From Patescibacteria group bacterium (GTDB lineage: Bacteria > Patescibacteriota > Microgenomatia > Levybacterales > UBA12049), in assembly GCA_026004395.1 (NCBI GenBank), contig BPJB01000001.1, forward strand, positions 455,343 through 519,342: a stretch of 64,000 nucleotides of DNA. Direction: 5' to 3'. This document shows, one piece after another, positions 32,013-42,013 of the stretch; within the stretch, counting starts at the first letter, position 1; each line of letters opens with the position of its first letter. The notes under the pieces were generated by a model. It was not told where the DNA came from. It did not search any database and worked only from the letters and a program-made list of their open reading frames with translations. The translations under genes were made by a program, and so were the position numbers.

Positions 32013-32903
32013 TTACATTTCTCGGAGTATTTTTATCCGTTCTTCTATTGGTGGATGTGTATTAAAAAGTGAAGAAAACCAGTGTGAAATTTCTTTATCT
32101 CTAAATGGATTTACTATAAATAAATGTGCAGTAGCATTTGTAGCGTATTTTAGAGGTCTTTTATTAGAAGCAATTTTTTCAAGAGCGTTGGCAAGACCAT
32201 CTGGATAGCGAGTTAACAGTGCTCCTGAAGCATCTGCTAAAAATTCTCTTTTACGAGATATAGCAAGCTGGAAAAGTGTAGCAATTAATGGAGAAATAAG
32301 GGCAAAAATTATTCCTATTAGTACAAATAATGCCGATCCTCCTCGATGACTTTTTTCTCCAGAATTCCAGATATGTCTTGTAAAAATGTCAGCAAGTAGA
32401 GCGACAAAACCTACAAGTACAGCAACAACTGTCATAAGTCGAATATCATAGTTTTTAATGTGTGATAATTCGTGTGCAATGACTCCCTCCAGTTCGACTT
32501 TGTTGAGTAATTGAAGTAATCCCGAAGTTACTCCTATGGTTGCATGTTGGGGGTCGCGTCCTGTTGCAAAAGCATTAGGTGAGGTATCTTCAATAATATA
32601 TATTTTAGGCATGGGAATTCCTAAACCAATTGAGAGATTTTCAACAATTCTAAAAAGTTGGGGGTTGTCAGAAAATTGAATTCTTTTTGCTTGAGTTACT
32701 CTTAATATTGCTTGATCTGAGAAATAATAGCTAAGGATACTTGATAACAAAGCAAGACAAAATGCTACTCCTGCATAAAAAAATCCAGCATTGGCAAATG
32801 CTTTTCCATAGATGAATCCTAAAGTGGAAATAAACAAAATAAATAAAATCATAATTATCCAGGTTTTTCTGACATTACTGGAGATTACAGAATAAATGTT
32901 CAT
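32013..32903 (-). CDS. htpX: Membrane zinc metalloprotease HtpX (M48)
   Basis: N-terminal TM helices, HEXXH as IAHELSHIKNYD, second TM pair, C-terminal ..FNTHPPIEERIKILREM. Confidence 0.85.
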   Translation of the reverse strand: MNIYSVISSNVRKTWIIMILFILFISTLGFIYGKAFANAGFFYAGVAFCLALLSSILSYYFSDQAILRVTQAKRIQFSDNPQLFRIVENLSIGLGIPMPKIYIIEDTSPNAFATGRDPQHATIGVTSGLLQLLNKVELEGVIAHELSHIKNYDIRLMTVVAVLVGFVALLADIFTRHIWNSGEKSHRGGSALFVLIGIIFALISPLIATLFQLAISRKREFLADASGALLTRYPDGLANALEKIASNKRPLKYATNATAHLFIVNPFRDKEISHWFSSLFNTHPPIEERIKILREM

Positions 32904-32923
32904 AGATCAACTTTTGATAATGA

Positions 32924-33475
32924 TTAAAATGTCACTTTCACAGCCTTTTGTTCTTCTTTTGTGGCAGTAAAGAATTCTTCGGGTTGAAAATTAAATATTT
33001 TTGCGATTATTACGTTTGGGAAAAAACCTATTTTTGTATTGTATTCAAGCACATTGGAATTATAAAATTGCCTGGAATAAGCTATTTTATTTTCGGTATC
33101 TGTTAACTCGTCTTGTAATTTCCCAAAATTTTCGTTTGCTTTTAGTTCAGGATAATTCTCTGCAACTGCAAAGAGTGACTTTAAGGTATCTGAGAGTAGG
33201 TTATTTGCCTCAGCCTTTTCGTGTGTTGTTTTTGCTTGCATCAGGCTTGATCTTGCATGTGTAATATTTTCAAGAAGCTCTTTTTCATGTTTGGCATATC
33301 CTTTGACTGTTTCTACAAGATTTGGAATAAGATCAGTTCTCCTTTTAAGTTGTACATCAATATGTGATAAAGCTTCTCTGATGCGCAATTTTGAAGCCAG
33401 CAAGCTATTATAGATAAACCATGTATAAAGTAGAATAACTCCCAAAATACCAATGATAATTAAGTATATGTTCAA
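32924..33475 (-). CDS. lemA: LemA-family membrane protein
   Basis: Single N-terminal TM then the LemA consensus (..[36 protein letters not shown]..); 183 aa. Confidence 0.75.
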   Translation of the reverse strand: MNIYLIIIGILGVILLYTWFIYNSLLASKLRIREALSHIDVQLKRRTDLIPNLVETVKGYAKHEKELLENITHARSSLMQAKTTHEKAEANNLLSDTLKSLFAVAENYPELKANENFGKLQDELTDTENKIAYSRQFYNSNVLEYNTKIGFFPNVIIAKIFNFQPEEFFTATKEEQKAVKVTF

Positions 33476-33540
33476 ATTCCCACCCCCTTTCCTAAATATT
33501 AATAGTTATTCGTAGGAAACTAATTTATGTGAATTTTCTT

Positions 33541-35307
33541 TTACTGTTTGAACCATAATTCTACATTATTATACTCTTGTGTATTTATAATGTCATCTTT
33601 AGTTAACCATCCTCGACGAGCAACATATACACCATATCTGATCAAATCCATCTGATCTTTTGAATGACTATCTGTATTGATGACAAATTTAACACCTTTC
33701 TCTTTACCTATTTTTACAAGGACATCTGGCAAATCAAGACGCAGCGGCCAACTATTAATCTCTAGAGCTTTATTATACTCTTTGCAAAATGCAAATACTT
33801 CATCCCATTCCAAGTCATACCCTGCTCGTTGATTAAGCAGTCTTCCTGTTGGATGAGAAAGAATTTTTGCTTTTGGATGACTTAAACCTTTTAATACGCG
33901 TTTGGTCATTTCCAATTTACTCATTGAAAATCCGCTATGGATCGAGACAAGCGTTGCATCAAGTAGATTCAAAGATTCATCGCTAATTGCGAGATCTCCA
34001 TTGGGTAAAATATCAGTTTCGAGCAATGAAAATATTCGAATATTTTTATTATACACTTTAATTTGTTCAATATATTTATTTCTTTTTATAAGAATTTGAT
34101 AAATTTCTTTTTGCGAATGTTTTGAAATACTTGGATTATGTTCTGAAAACCCAATGTATTGATAATTAAGAGATTTTGCTTTTTCTATCATTTCTTCCAT
34201 CGAATTCTGTCCCATGTCATGGCTAGGTTCTATTGGATAGCTGGAGTGAATATGAAAGTCTCCTTTGATGTCACTAACTTCTACTAGTTTTGGCAGTGAG
34301 TGTTTGCTAGCAAATTCTATCTCTCCTTGATCTTCTCTAATTTCGGGGGGTATCCAATCTAGACCTATAGCGTTATAAAAATCTTTTTCATTAGCAAACT
34401 TTATAAGCTTTTCTCCATTAGTTTTTTTCTTAATTCCATACTCTGATAAAGACAAGCCTTTACTAATTGCAAACTCTCTTAAATGAATATTATGTTGCTT
34501 ACTACCAGTGAAATGTTGTAATAGAGAACCAAAACTTTCAGGAGGCTGAACCATAAGATCAATATGTTTTCCTCCTGATACCAAAATAGAGGCAGTTGCT
34601 TCTCCTTTTTCGAGAATGCGTTCTTTATATGGATATTTGACGAAGTAATCTATCACTTTTTGGGGGTAACGTGTAGCAACAGCAATGTCTATATCTCCAA
34701 TAGTCTCTTTTTTTCTTCTCAAGCTTCCTAGAGGTTGCGCTTCGATAACATCGGGTGATTTCTTAAGATAAGATAAAACTTTCTCTGCAAGCTCAGTCGC
34801 ATAGGGAAGTACCATTCTCGCAGTTTTACTTGCTCCCATTTTGTAATCTTCAATAGCTTCAATAATATCTTGTTGGGACTTCTCTCCAAATCCTTCAATT
34901 TGTGCAATCTTTCCTTCTCTTGCTAGTTTTTCAACATCTTCAATAACTGTATCAGGATTATTTAGATTGAAGTAAGAAACAATTTTATAGGCTTTTTTAG
35001 GACCAAATGAAGGAATATTTAAAAGAGGAAATACTGCTTTTGGGATATCCTTCATCAAATTTTCAAAATGCTTTACATGGCCTGTTTTGATTAACTCTTC
35101 AAGATGATCTTGGATTGATTTACCTATACCTGGAAGATCAATCGCTTTACCATCTTTTATAAGATCCTGTATTTCTGTTGCGAAATTTTCTACCGCATCA
35201 GCAGCTTTTTGATAAGCTATTATCTTAAAACGATATTGAGCATCGTTTTTTATGGCATAAGCTGCAGCAACATTTCTAAGAATGGTAGCAATCTCGGAAT
35301 TGGTCAT
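33541..35307 (-). CDS. Family X DNA polymerase with C-terminal PHP phosphoesterase domain (PolX)
   Basis: Helix-hairpin-helix Pol-beta-like N-terminal (..GFGEKSQQDIIEAIE.. GDIDIAV..) and PHP domain (DFHIHSSY.. HSGFSM..); 588 aa. Confidence 0.8.
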   Translation of the reverse strand: MTNSEIATILRNVAAAYAIKNDAQYRFKIIAYQKAADAVENFATEIQDLIKDGKAIDLPGIGKSIQDHLEELIKTGHVKHFENLMKDIPKAVFPLLNIPSFGPKKAYKIVSYFNLNNPDTVIEDVEKLAREGKIAQIEGFGEKSQQDIIEAIEDYKMGASKTARMVLPYATELAEKVLSYLKKSPDVIEAQPLGSLRRKKETIGDIDIAVATRYPQKVIDYFVKYPYKERILEKGEATASILVSGGKHIDLMVQPPESFGSLLQHFTGSKQHNIHLREFAISKGLSLSEYGIKKKTNGEKLIKFANEKDFYNAIGLDWIPPEIREDQGEIEFASKHSLPKLVEVSDIKGDFHIHSSYPIEPSHDMGQNSMEEMIEKAKSLNYQYIGFSEHNPSISKHSQKEIYQILIKRNKYIEQIKVYNKNIRIFSLLETDILPNGDLAISDESLNLLDATLVSIHSGFSMSKLEMTKRVLKGLSHPKAKILSHPTGRLLNQRAGYDLEWDEVFAFCKEYNKALEINSWPLRLDLPDVLVKIGKEKGVKFVINTDSHSKDQMDLIRYGVYVARRGWLTKDDIINTQEYNNVELWFKQ

Positions 35308-35451
35308 GGACTCAGTCTAGCATGATGATTGACTCTTCTGCAATTATTTGTTACCATACCCTCCTAAATGAGGTGATTCAGTGTATGGAAAAACATCTAA
35401 CTTTAAGCTATAATCGAAACATACTGCTGGATCAATATCTGCCTCATAATA

Positions 35452-35525
35452 GGGGTGGTAGCTCAGTTGGTTAGAGCGTCTCCCTGTCACGGAGAAGGCC
35501 GCGGGTTCGAGTCCCGTCCATCCCG
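35452..35525 (+). tRNA. tRNA-Asp (anticodon GUC)
   Basis: Acceptor ggggtgg/ccatccc, D-arm gctc-agttggtta-gagc, anticodon stem tctcc/ggaga with loop ctGTCac, T-arm gcggg-ttcgagt-cccgt; CCA not encoded. Confidence 0.85.
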
Positions 35526-35589
35526 CTTACAGCCATTGAGTTGAAATAAATTTAGTGGTATTATCTCTCCTGCCTTTTAAAAAAATAAT

Positions 35590-36294
35590 ATGGCAGCAAA
35601 AAGACAGAGAAACACATCACAAAAAGAGCAGAAGTCTAAACGAACGGTATATTCAAAACCACAAAAAGTAACGATATCTAAACAATATACCTCTCAAAAT
35701 AGTATTTTAGATTATTTTCGATTTGGCGAATCATATACAAGTCTTGTTTTAGGTATTGTAGTCGTCATCGTGACAACAATTTTGGTTATTTCAACTATCA
35801 GAGATAGAAATCTACAAAATACCCCTAAAAAAGAGACATCTTCTACTAGCACAAGTAGAGATAAAGAGATAGAAAGTGATCAGTTAAAAGAAAAAGTAAC
35901 ATATAGAGTCAAAACAGGAGATACTCTATGGAGTATTGCTGAGAAAGAATACAATAATGGTTATCAATGGACACTAATTGCTCAAGCAAATAAAGTTCAA
36001 AATCCTGATGTAATTGAAGTAGGTGAAGTTCTCGTAATTCCACCTGATAACAATTCTTACACTCAACAAACTACTCAGGAAAATACTATGACTTCACCTT
36101 CTTCTGAGCAGACAAAGATATTAAAACAGCCTGAAATAAAAAAATATATTGTAAAACGTGGAGATTATCTTTGGGCAATTGCTGAAAAAGAGTATAACAA
36201 TGGATACAGGTGGGTGGATATAGCTCGTGCAAACAATCTAGCCAATCCTGATATAATTCACGCTGGAAACGAACTTATTATTCCTGATCCCTAA
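35590..36294 (+). CDS. Membrane-anchored protein with two LysM peptidoglycan-binding domains
   Basis: Basic N-terminus, TM helix (LVLGIVVVIVTTILVISTI), then two LysM repeats (VKTGDTLWSIAEKEYNNGYQWTLIAQANKV..; VKRGDYLWAIAEKEYNNGYRWVDIARANNL..). Confidence 0.8.
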   Translation: MAAKRQRNTSQKEQKSKRTVYSKPQKVTISKQYTSQNSILDYFRFGESYTSLVLGIVVVIVTTILVISTIRDRNLQNTPKKETSSTSTSRDKEIESDQLKEKVTYRVKTGDTLWSIAEKEYNNGYQWTLIAQANKVQNPDVIEVGEVLVIPPDNNSYTQQTTQENTMTSPSSEQTKILKQPEIKKYIVKRGDYLWAIAEKEYNNGYRWVDIARANNLANPDIIHAGNELIIPDP

Positions 36295-36554
36295 GATACT
36301 TTAACTACAGTTTTCTTCTAAATTTTTCAATTTTGTGATTGAGTTTTTTAGATTTAATGCAGCAATAATTACCCTATTTTAAAAATTTTTTTAATTCATT
36401 GTTTTAATAATCATCAGATTAATTTTTATTAAAAAAAGTGATATTTTTCAAGGTATCAAAAACAATACACAATTTGTTTAAATATTAGTTTAAATTTATA
36501 ATTATTTAAAAAATTTGATAGAATTAATTTGATTTAAGGATATTGTTGATATGG

Positions 36555-36629
36555 GCGGTGGTAGTTCAGTGGTAGAATGCTTCCTTCCCAAGGAAGAGGT
36601 CGCCGGTTCAAATCCGGTCCACCGCTCCA
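36555..36629 (+). tRNA. tRNA-Gly (anticodon CCC), CCA encoded
   Basis: Acceptor gcggtgg/ccaccgc, anticodon stem cttcc/ggaag with loop ttCCCaa, T-arm gccgg-ttcaaat-ccggt, 3' tCCA. Confidence 0.85.
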
Positions 36630-36761
36630 AATAAAATGTAATATATTTTTAAGCTTAAATGTGTACTAATCTAAATATTAGACTTTCAAACTTTTTCTAA
36701 TTGTGAATTTGAATCTAATAAAAATTTTTTCTTTTAATAGACAATCTCTACTTCTTTAGCT

Positions 36762-37427
36762 ATGAATGAAGGAAAAGAAAACCGTCAATATATTACACAA
36801 ATTGAGCGTAACAAATTACATGAACCTACCATATCTTCTTGGCGTTTTAGAGTAGCCATGAAGGCAAATGTTGAGTTAATCACTGATAGCGTTGAAGTAA
36901 AAGGATGGGAAAATTATTATGCACTGCCTGAGAATATCAATCCAGTAATTGCAACTACTCATCTTACAGATACCGATGTGCAAATAACAGCACTTGCTTT
37001 TTCTCAAGTAGCCGATATAGCTGTAGCAAGTATGAAGACAAATCAACAAGATAAGTTTATAGGCAAATTAATATCCTTAGCAGGACGAGAAAACTTTTAT
37101 GATATCTCAAATAAATTTGCAAACAAAAAAGCCAACTTTAAGTTAGATGCTATGAATTTTTTAGCGATGGCTCGTGCTGTTTGTGAAAAGGGCAAGACGA
37201 TGGTTATTCCATCACACAGTCCTCATTATATTGGATATGGTAATCGAGTTCTTCCTGATAATCCTGGTCTTGCAGCTGTTATTGTAGCCAATCTGACAGA
37301 TAGAGTTGTTTTACCAGTAGCGGTTGATTTTCAGACAGATGATAGAGTGGGTATGGCAGATAATCTTTTAGATAATGTAATTAAAAAAGCTAGAGAAAAA
37401 TCTAAGTCAACTGTATTCACAGCATAA
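36762..37427 (+). CDS. Putative lysophospholipid/glycerol-3-phosphate acyltransferase (PlsC-like) or other acyltransferase
   Basis: HX4D motif in VIATTHLTDTDV and a downstream ..VLPVAVD.. (motif IV-like PV); 221 aa. No TM; assignment tentative. Confidence 0.35.
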   Translation: MNEGKENRQYITQIERNKLHEPTISSWRFRVAMKANVELITDSVEVKGWENYYALPENINPVIATTHLTDTDVQITALAFSQVADIAVASMKTNQQDKFIGKLISLAGRENFYDISNKFANKKANFKLDAMNFLAMARAVCEKGKTMVIPSHSPHYIGYGNRVLPDNPGLAAVIVANLTDRVVLPVAVDFQTDDRVGMADNLLDNVIKKAREKSKSTVFTA

Positions 37428-37703
37428 TCTCTTGTTCTTGATAAAGATAAAAGTAAGTCTGCAAGCTTTGCTTACTGGCTAAACTGGAGCAAAATAAGAT
37501 AACGACGACATACATCAATATTTAACTTTGATCTTATTACTGGACCTGTGAGCTTGATAGAAATCTTATGTCAAACAGTATGATAAAGAATCTATTGTGA
37601 TTGTCATCTGAGCATTGCTCCTAAATATTATTTCTAACCCTCTTTGCTCATCCTATTATTACAAGATGCACCTTAAATAATTCTCAAATACAATAGATGC
37701 AAC

Positions 37704-38981
37704 TTATACTTTTTGAGGAGATGTTGTGGGGTTATTTTTTTGCTGAATCGTTTTAATGATTTCATTCCATTTTTCATAATGACGATAAATCCAGAAATGA
37801 AAACCGTGTTTTGTTGGATAATGAGTTGATCTACCTTCATCAATAGCTATTAATCTCTTGCCTTCTTCTTTAATTGCTTTACGTTCTCGAACCTTATCAA
37901 AAACTGTTTTTAACCGTGTAAATCCAGTTGTAAGCGGATCTTTCATTGACTCTCGAATATGTAGTCTGTTATTATCTACGTCAAGTGGTGTTCCGTGAAG
38001 CAAGTGAAGTCCTTCTGAGGCTACTGCAGCAATTTTCATAATCTTTTGTTCACGGCTATCTGATGGAAGTTGCATTTTGCTGCGAAGTGTATTCTTAAAG
38101 GCAGATGACTCTTTCATAACTCGTTTAGCAACGTTTGTTTTAATGGATGTAACTACAAATTCTCCAACTAATCCAGCTAGTAGTTGAGCGCTTTTAATTT
38201 TACCTGAAACTCCTTTAGGATTGTGTACGCCAGCAGGGTTATCAAGTAATATCTGCGTATGTTTTTTTAAATCTTGTGGTAATCTACTGATAGTTCTATC
38301 CGCTAGTATTGTTCCTCGGGAAACTCCATGAAGTGTCACTGCTATCTCATCGAGAGACGAAGCTTGTTCTGCAGCAATTTTTTGTACAAATTCTGAAAAC
38401 AGTTGTCCATAGGCATCAAATCCTTTTTGATCAAGTACATTCAACCACTCCTTTGTCAGATGTCCTCCAAATCCACTTGGCGTACTAAGAAGTATAAGCT
38501 TTACATTAGGAACTTCTTCTCCATTTCTTAAGGGATTAGCTACTCGAGGGAGTGCTCTTATGAAATCATTGATTGCTATGTCAATGCCTGAGAGCGCTTC
38601 ATCTGGTTGAGTGAAAGCAGGAAAAATAAAGGTGAGATCGTGTTTTGGACGGTTATGTCTTGATAAAGATTTTTCAGTTTGATTTTGAGGAGATAAGTCC
38701 ATGTTGTTGTTATTTGATGTATTGACAATTTTATGGATGAGTTCAGGAGTTATATCAAACGTTGTATATCCGAAACGGACGTCAGGGAAGGCCTGTGAAG
38801 AAAAGATTTGAAAATTATCTACTGCCTGGCGATCAATTGTGTTAATGATTAAATCCATTACTTGTTTCTGTTCTGGGAACATAGCGACGAATTCATCACG
38901 AACTGCTTCACTGTATGGATGATGTATAATCTTTGAGTGATAGTCTTTTTCGATTGGAGTAACAGATACTTCGCTTTCCAT
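37704..38981 (-). CDS. Hypothetical alpha/beta-hydrolase-like protein with GXSXG nucleophile motif (HGVSRG); possible lipase/esterase
   Basis: 425 aa cytoplasmic-looking; motif TLHGVSRGTILAD resembles a nucleophile elbow; no signal peptide; no closer family recognised. Confidence 0.3.
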   Translation of the reverse strand: MESEVSVTPIEKDYHSKIIHHPYSEAVRDEFVAMFPEQKQVMDLIINTIDRQAVDNFQIFSSQAFPDVRFGYTTFDITPELIHKIVNTSNNNNMDLSPQNQTEKSLSRHNRPKHDLTFIFPAFTQPDEALSGIDIAINDFIRALPRVANPLRNGEEVPNVKLILLSTPSGFGGHLTKEWLNVLDQKGFDAYGQLFSEFVQKIAAEQASSLDEIAVTLHGVSRGTILADRTISRLPQDLKKHTQILLDNPAGVHNPKGVSGKIKSAQLLAGLVGEFVVTSIKTNVAKRVMKESSAFKNTLRSKMQLPSDSREQKIMKIAAVASEGLHLLHGTPLDVDNNRLHIRESMKDPLTTGFTRLKTVFDKVRERKAIKEEGKRLIAIDEGRSTHYPTKHGFHFWIYRHYEKWNEIIKTIQQKNNPTTSPQKV

Positions 38982-39575
38982 TTGTTTCTAATTATAGAAT
39001 AAAAAGCAATTACAAGCAATCATTATAAAAATTATTTTTTGTGTCAATAAGAGTTATAGTAATTTTTTCAGAAATAATTATAGAGTCGACAACACATAGA
39101 TAATAAACATTTTCTTTACTATAATCGTATTTAACTTCAATAATTACTAGTATAGACTGGCTTTGAAGTGCTAAGCTTCGTTTAACTTAGCATGTTGAAT
39201 TAACAGCCTTAGGAGAAGGAGATGACAGTGATTACTTGACTATCCAAAGTTGTTAAGCTATTTTACCGCCATGTAAAACTTTGACAGTTATTTTGATATG
39301 CTTCTTCTCAGTTTTCACAGTATGATGTTTGAAGATTTTAAAGTGTATTTGTATCTGTTTCGGTAGAGGGCGTTTCTAATAGGTAATAGTATATATTTTG
39401 CGATTTTAGACCTTTTTGCTTCGTATTCCTGTAAGACTACATACGCAATGATTCTTAGAATGACAAGCGATAGTTTCGTTGGATTGCTCACTTATTTGGG
39501 TTATTCATCAATTTATTCTTACTTATGGTTAGGATAAGGAACTAAAAAGTCAGTTTGGGGGAGGATGTAAATAAA

Positions 39576-39659
39576 GTGAAGATTATTCAAAACTTTAGCG
39601 ACGTATTTAATATGACACTAATAATTGTCACAACATTCTCGTTTTTTCTTCGTTGCTGA
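39576..39659 (+). other. Candidate 27-codon mini-ORF (VKIIQNFSDVFNMTLIIVTTFSFFLRC) with strong SD GGGGGAGGA 10 nt upstream of GTG; 3' end overlaps a 9-10 bp inverted repeat (39625-39634 / 39664-39673)
   Basis: Seen directly in sequence; hydrophobic single-helix peptide reminiscent of type I toxin/leader peptides. It is the only strong RBS in a 0.9 kb ORF-free stretch. Confidence 0.2.
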
Positions 39660-39843
39660 AAAAGTTGTGACAGAAAAAATAATCGGCACACTATTTTGTA
39701 TTTTGATATATGTGTTTCCTCTCAGTTATACGTGTTCTTTATCAATTTAGAAAATATTCTTAACGCAAAGACGATAAATTAATTATAAAAAGTATTCTTT
39801 GAGCTCTACTTTGGAGGATACCATTTTTTTCAAAATTCGTCAC

Positions 39844-39873
39844 TTGACGAGAATTTTGTGAATTTGTTAATAT
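39844..39873 (+). promoter_or_regulatory. Candidate pyrG promoter (TTGACG-17 bp-TTAATA/TAATAT)
   Basis: -35-like TTGACG at 39844-49, 17-nt spacer, A/T-rich -10 at 39867-73, ~35 nt upstream of the pyrG start codon. Confidence 0.3.
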
Positions 39874-39908
39874 AAATCGTGCCCCGTAGTAAAGTTGTCC
39901 CTAACAAA

Positions 39909-41573
39909 ATGAAATATATTTTTGTTTCTGGAGGAGTAATCTCTGGAATTGGAAAGGGATTAACCTCATCGTCTATAGCTCTTCTACTAAAATCTGCAGG
40001 ATATAAAGTAGCCCCTATAAAATTTGAGAATTACCTTAATATCGATGCTGGAACAATTAATCCTATAGAACATGGTGATCCCTTTCTTTGCGAGGATGGT
40101 ACTGAGACAGATATGGATATTGGATCCTACGAGAAATTTCTTGATGAAGATATGGGGAAAGATAACTTTGTTACCATGGGAAGAATCTATCAAACTGTTA
40201 TTGAGAAGGAGCGACGGTTTGAATATAATGGAGAAGATGTTGAAGCTATTCCTCATATAACAGATGAGATTATTTCAAGAATACAAAATCTAGGAAAGAA
40301 GAAAAAAGCAGATATTGTTCTCATCGAATTAGGAGGTACTGCGGGAGAGTATCAAAACATTCTTTATTATGAAGCATCACGTATCTTAACTCTTAAAAAT
40401 CCTGGTGATGTTATTCATATTCATGTTAGTTATGTTCCAACACCTCCTCATTTAGGAGAGCCTAAAACAAAACCTACACAATTATCAGTTAGAACTCTCA
40501 ACTCAATGGGAATTCAGCCTGATTTTATCATTGCCAGATCTGAGAAATATTTAGACAAAAGAAGAAGAGATAGATTCGCTCTATTTTGCAACATGCATCC
40601 TGAAGATATTATCTCCAATCCTGACTTACCGACTATTTACGATATACCCCTTATGCTTCACAAACAAGATCTCGATAAGAAAATACTTCAAAAACTTGGT
40701 CTTCCTGCCAAAAAACCAAAACTGAAGCAATGGGAAGCATTAGTAGAGAGGGTAAAAGCTCCAAAGAAAAAATCAGTTGAAATTGCAATTGTTGGCAAGT
40801 ATTTTGCAGCTGGAGATTATCAACTTAAAGATTCTTATGCAGCACTTTTTGATGCTCTAGATCATGCCGGAATACATGAAGATGTGACAGTTAAGACGCG
40901 TTGGGTTGATGCTGAAAAAGTAACTGAAGATACATTAGAAAGCACAATTGGACTTCCAGATGGGATTATTGTACCAATCGGTTGGGGTGAAAGAGGAGCA
41001 GAAGGTATGATAACAGCAGCTAACTATGCTCGAGTAGCCAAAATTCCATATCTTGGATTATGTTATGGAATGCAGTTGGCTGTTGTTGCATTTGCTCGGA
41101 ATGTATTAAAACTACATGGTGCAAATACAGAAGAAAATGATCCTAAAGCTCAGCATAAAGTAATACATTTTATTCCCACACAAAAAGAGCTTGTTGAAAA
41201 ACGAGCCTATGGTGGAACTATGAGACTTGGTGGATGGGAAGCAATTGTAAAAAAGGGTACGCTAGCATATGAACTCTATGACAGATATAATGGTTTTATC
41301 AACAAAGCAAAAGGACTTACGAGTGAAAGACATCGCCACCGTTACGAATTTAATAATAAATACGCAAAGGAGTTTGAGAAAAATGGCTTTATCATAAGCG
41401 CACGTTCTGTTAGTGAAAATCTTGTTGAAATTGTTGAACTTTCTCGCAATATACATCCCTTTTATCTAGGCACTCAAGGACATCCTGAATATAAGAGTCG
41501 TCCTCTGCGTCCACATCCTATTTTTTTGGGATTTATACAAGCAACAGTTGCTCAAAGCTTGCAAGGAAAATAA
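39909..41573 (+). CDS. pyrG: CTP synthase (start taken at MKYIFVSGG, 10 codons inside the annotated ORF)
   Basis: N-terminal synthetase P-loop YIFVSGGVISGIGKG, C-terminal GATase with GLCYGMQ (Cys nucleophile) and H/E dyad region. Confidence 0.95.
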   Translation: MKYIFVSGGVISGIGKGLTSSSIALLLKSAGYKVAPIKFENYLNIDAGTINPIEHGDPFLCEDGTETDMDIGSYEKFLDEDMGKDNFVTMGRIYQTVIEKERRFEYNGEDVEAIPHITDEIISRIQNLGKKKKADIVLIELGGTAGEYQNILYYEASRILTLKNPGDVIHIHVSYVPTPPHLGEPKTKPTQLSVRTLNSMGIQPDFIIARSEKYLDKRRRDRFALFCNMHPEDIISNPDLPTIYDIPLMLHKQDLDKKILQKLGLPAKKPKLKQWEALVERVKAPKKKSVEIAIVGKYFAAGDYQLKDSYAALFDALDHAGIHEDVTVKTRWVDAEKVTEDTLESTIGLPDGIIVPIGWGERGAEGMITAANYARVAKIPYLGLCYGMQLAVVAFARNVLKLHGANTEENDPKAQHKVIHFIPTQKELVEKRAYGGTMRLGGWEAIVKKGTLAYELYDRYNGFINKAKGLTSERHRHRYEFNNKYAKEFEKNGFIISARSVSENLVEIVELSRNIHPFYLGTQGHPEYKSRPLRPHPIFLGFIQATVAQSLQGK

Positions 41574-41650
41574 CATTAGGATAGACAAGAAATCTTCAAG
41601 ATTGAAGCATTTATAGTTATATTGAAATAATAGTTTATTTCAAGTATAAT

Positions 41651-41929
41651 TTGAACATTATGATTCAAACTATAAATTTTGCTCCTGGTGATGTTGTCAG
41701 AGTCCACCAGAAAATTAAAGAAGGTGATAAAACACGTATTCAAGTTTTTCAAGGTACTGTTACTCAAATTCGTGGACGTTCTGAAAATAAAAGTTTTACA
41801 GTTAAAAAGACAGTTCAAGGTGTTGATGTGGAAAGAATTTGGCAGGTTAACTCACCTAACATTGAAAAAATTGAAGTCAAAGAACATCCCAAAAAGAGAG
41901 TGAGAAGAGCGCGTTTAACATACTTCTAA
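41651..41929 (+). CDS. rplS: 50S ribosomal protein L19
   Basis: ..[67 protein letters not shown].. matches the L19 consensus (PGDTVRVHVKVVEG..RIQ.FEG). Confidence 0.9.
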   Translation: MNIMIQTINFAPGDVVRVHQKIKEGDKTRIQVFQGTVTQIRGRSENKSFTVKKTVQGVDVERIWQVNSPNIEKIEVKEHPKKRVRRARLTYF

Positions 41930-42013
41930 AATTTAGTTTTAAATTATTGGTGTAGTTTTAAATATTTACAGAGAATATATTTTTTTCCTCAATGCATATT
42001 CTAAACTAAGATT

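Noticed and set aside
38982-39878. Checked the 0.9 kb gene desert for tmRNA, RNase P RNA, SRP RNA or a CRISPR array.
   Set aside because: No tRNA-like tmRNA ends or ALAA tag frame, no RNase P P4 motifs (AGGAAAGTCCGGGC / ACAGAAACCCGGCTTA-like), no SRP domain IV motif, and no direct repeats. Only the mini-ORF and one inverted repeat stand out.
41576-41903. ORFs 41576..41818(-) and 41679..41903(+) overlapping rplS.
   Set aside because: The frame at 41651..41929 gives a clear L19 protein. The overlapping frames are Lys/Leu-rich low-complexity translations of the same DNA.
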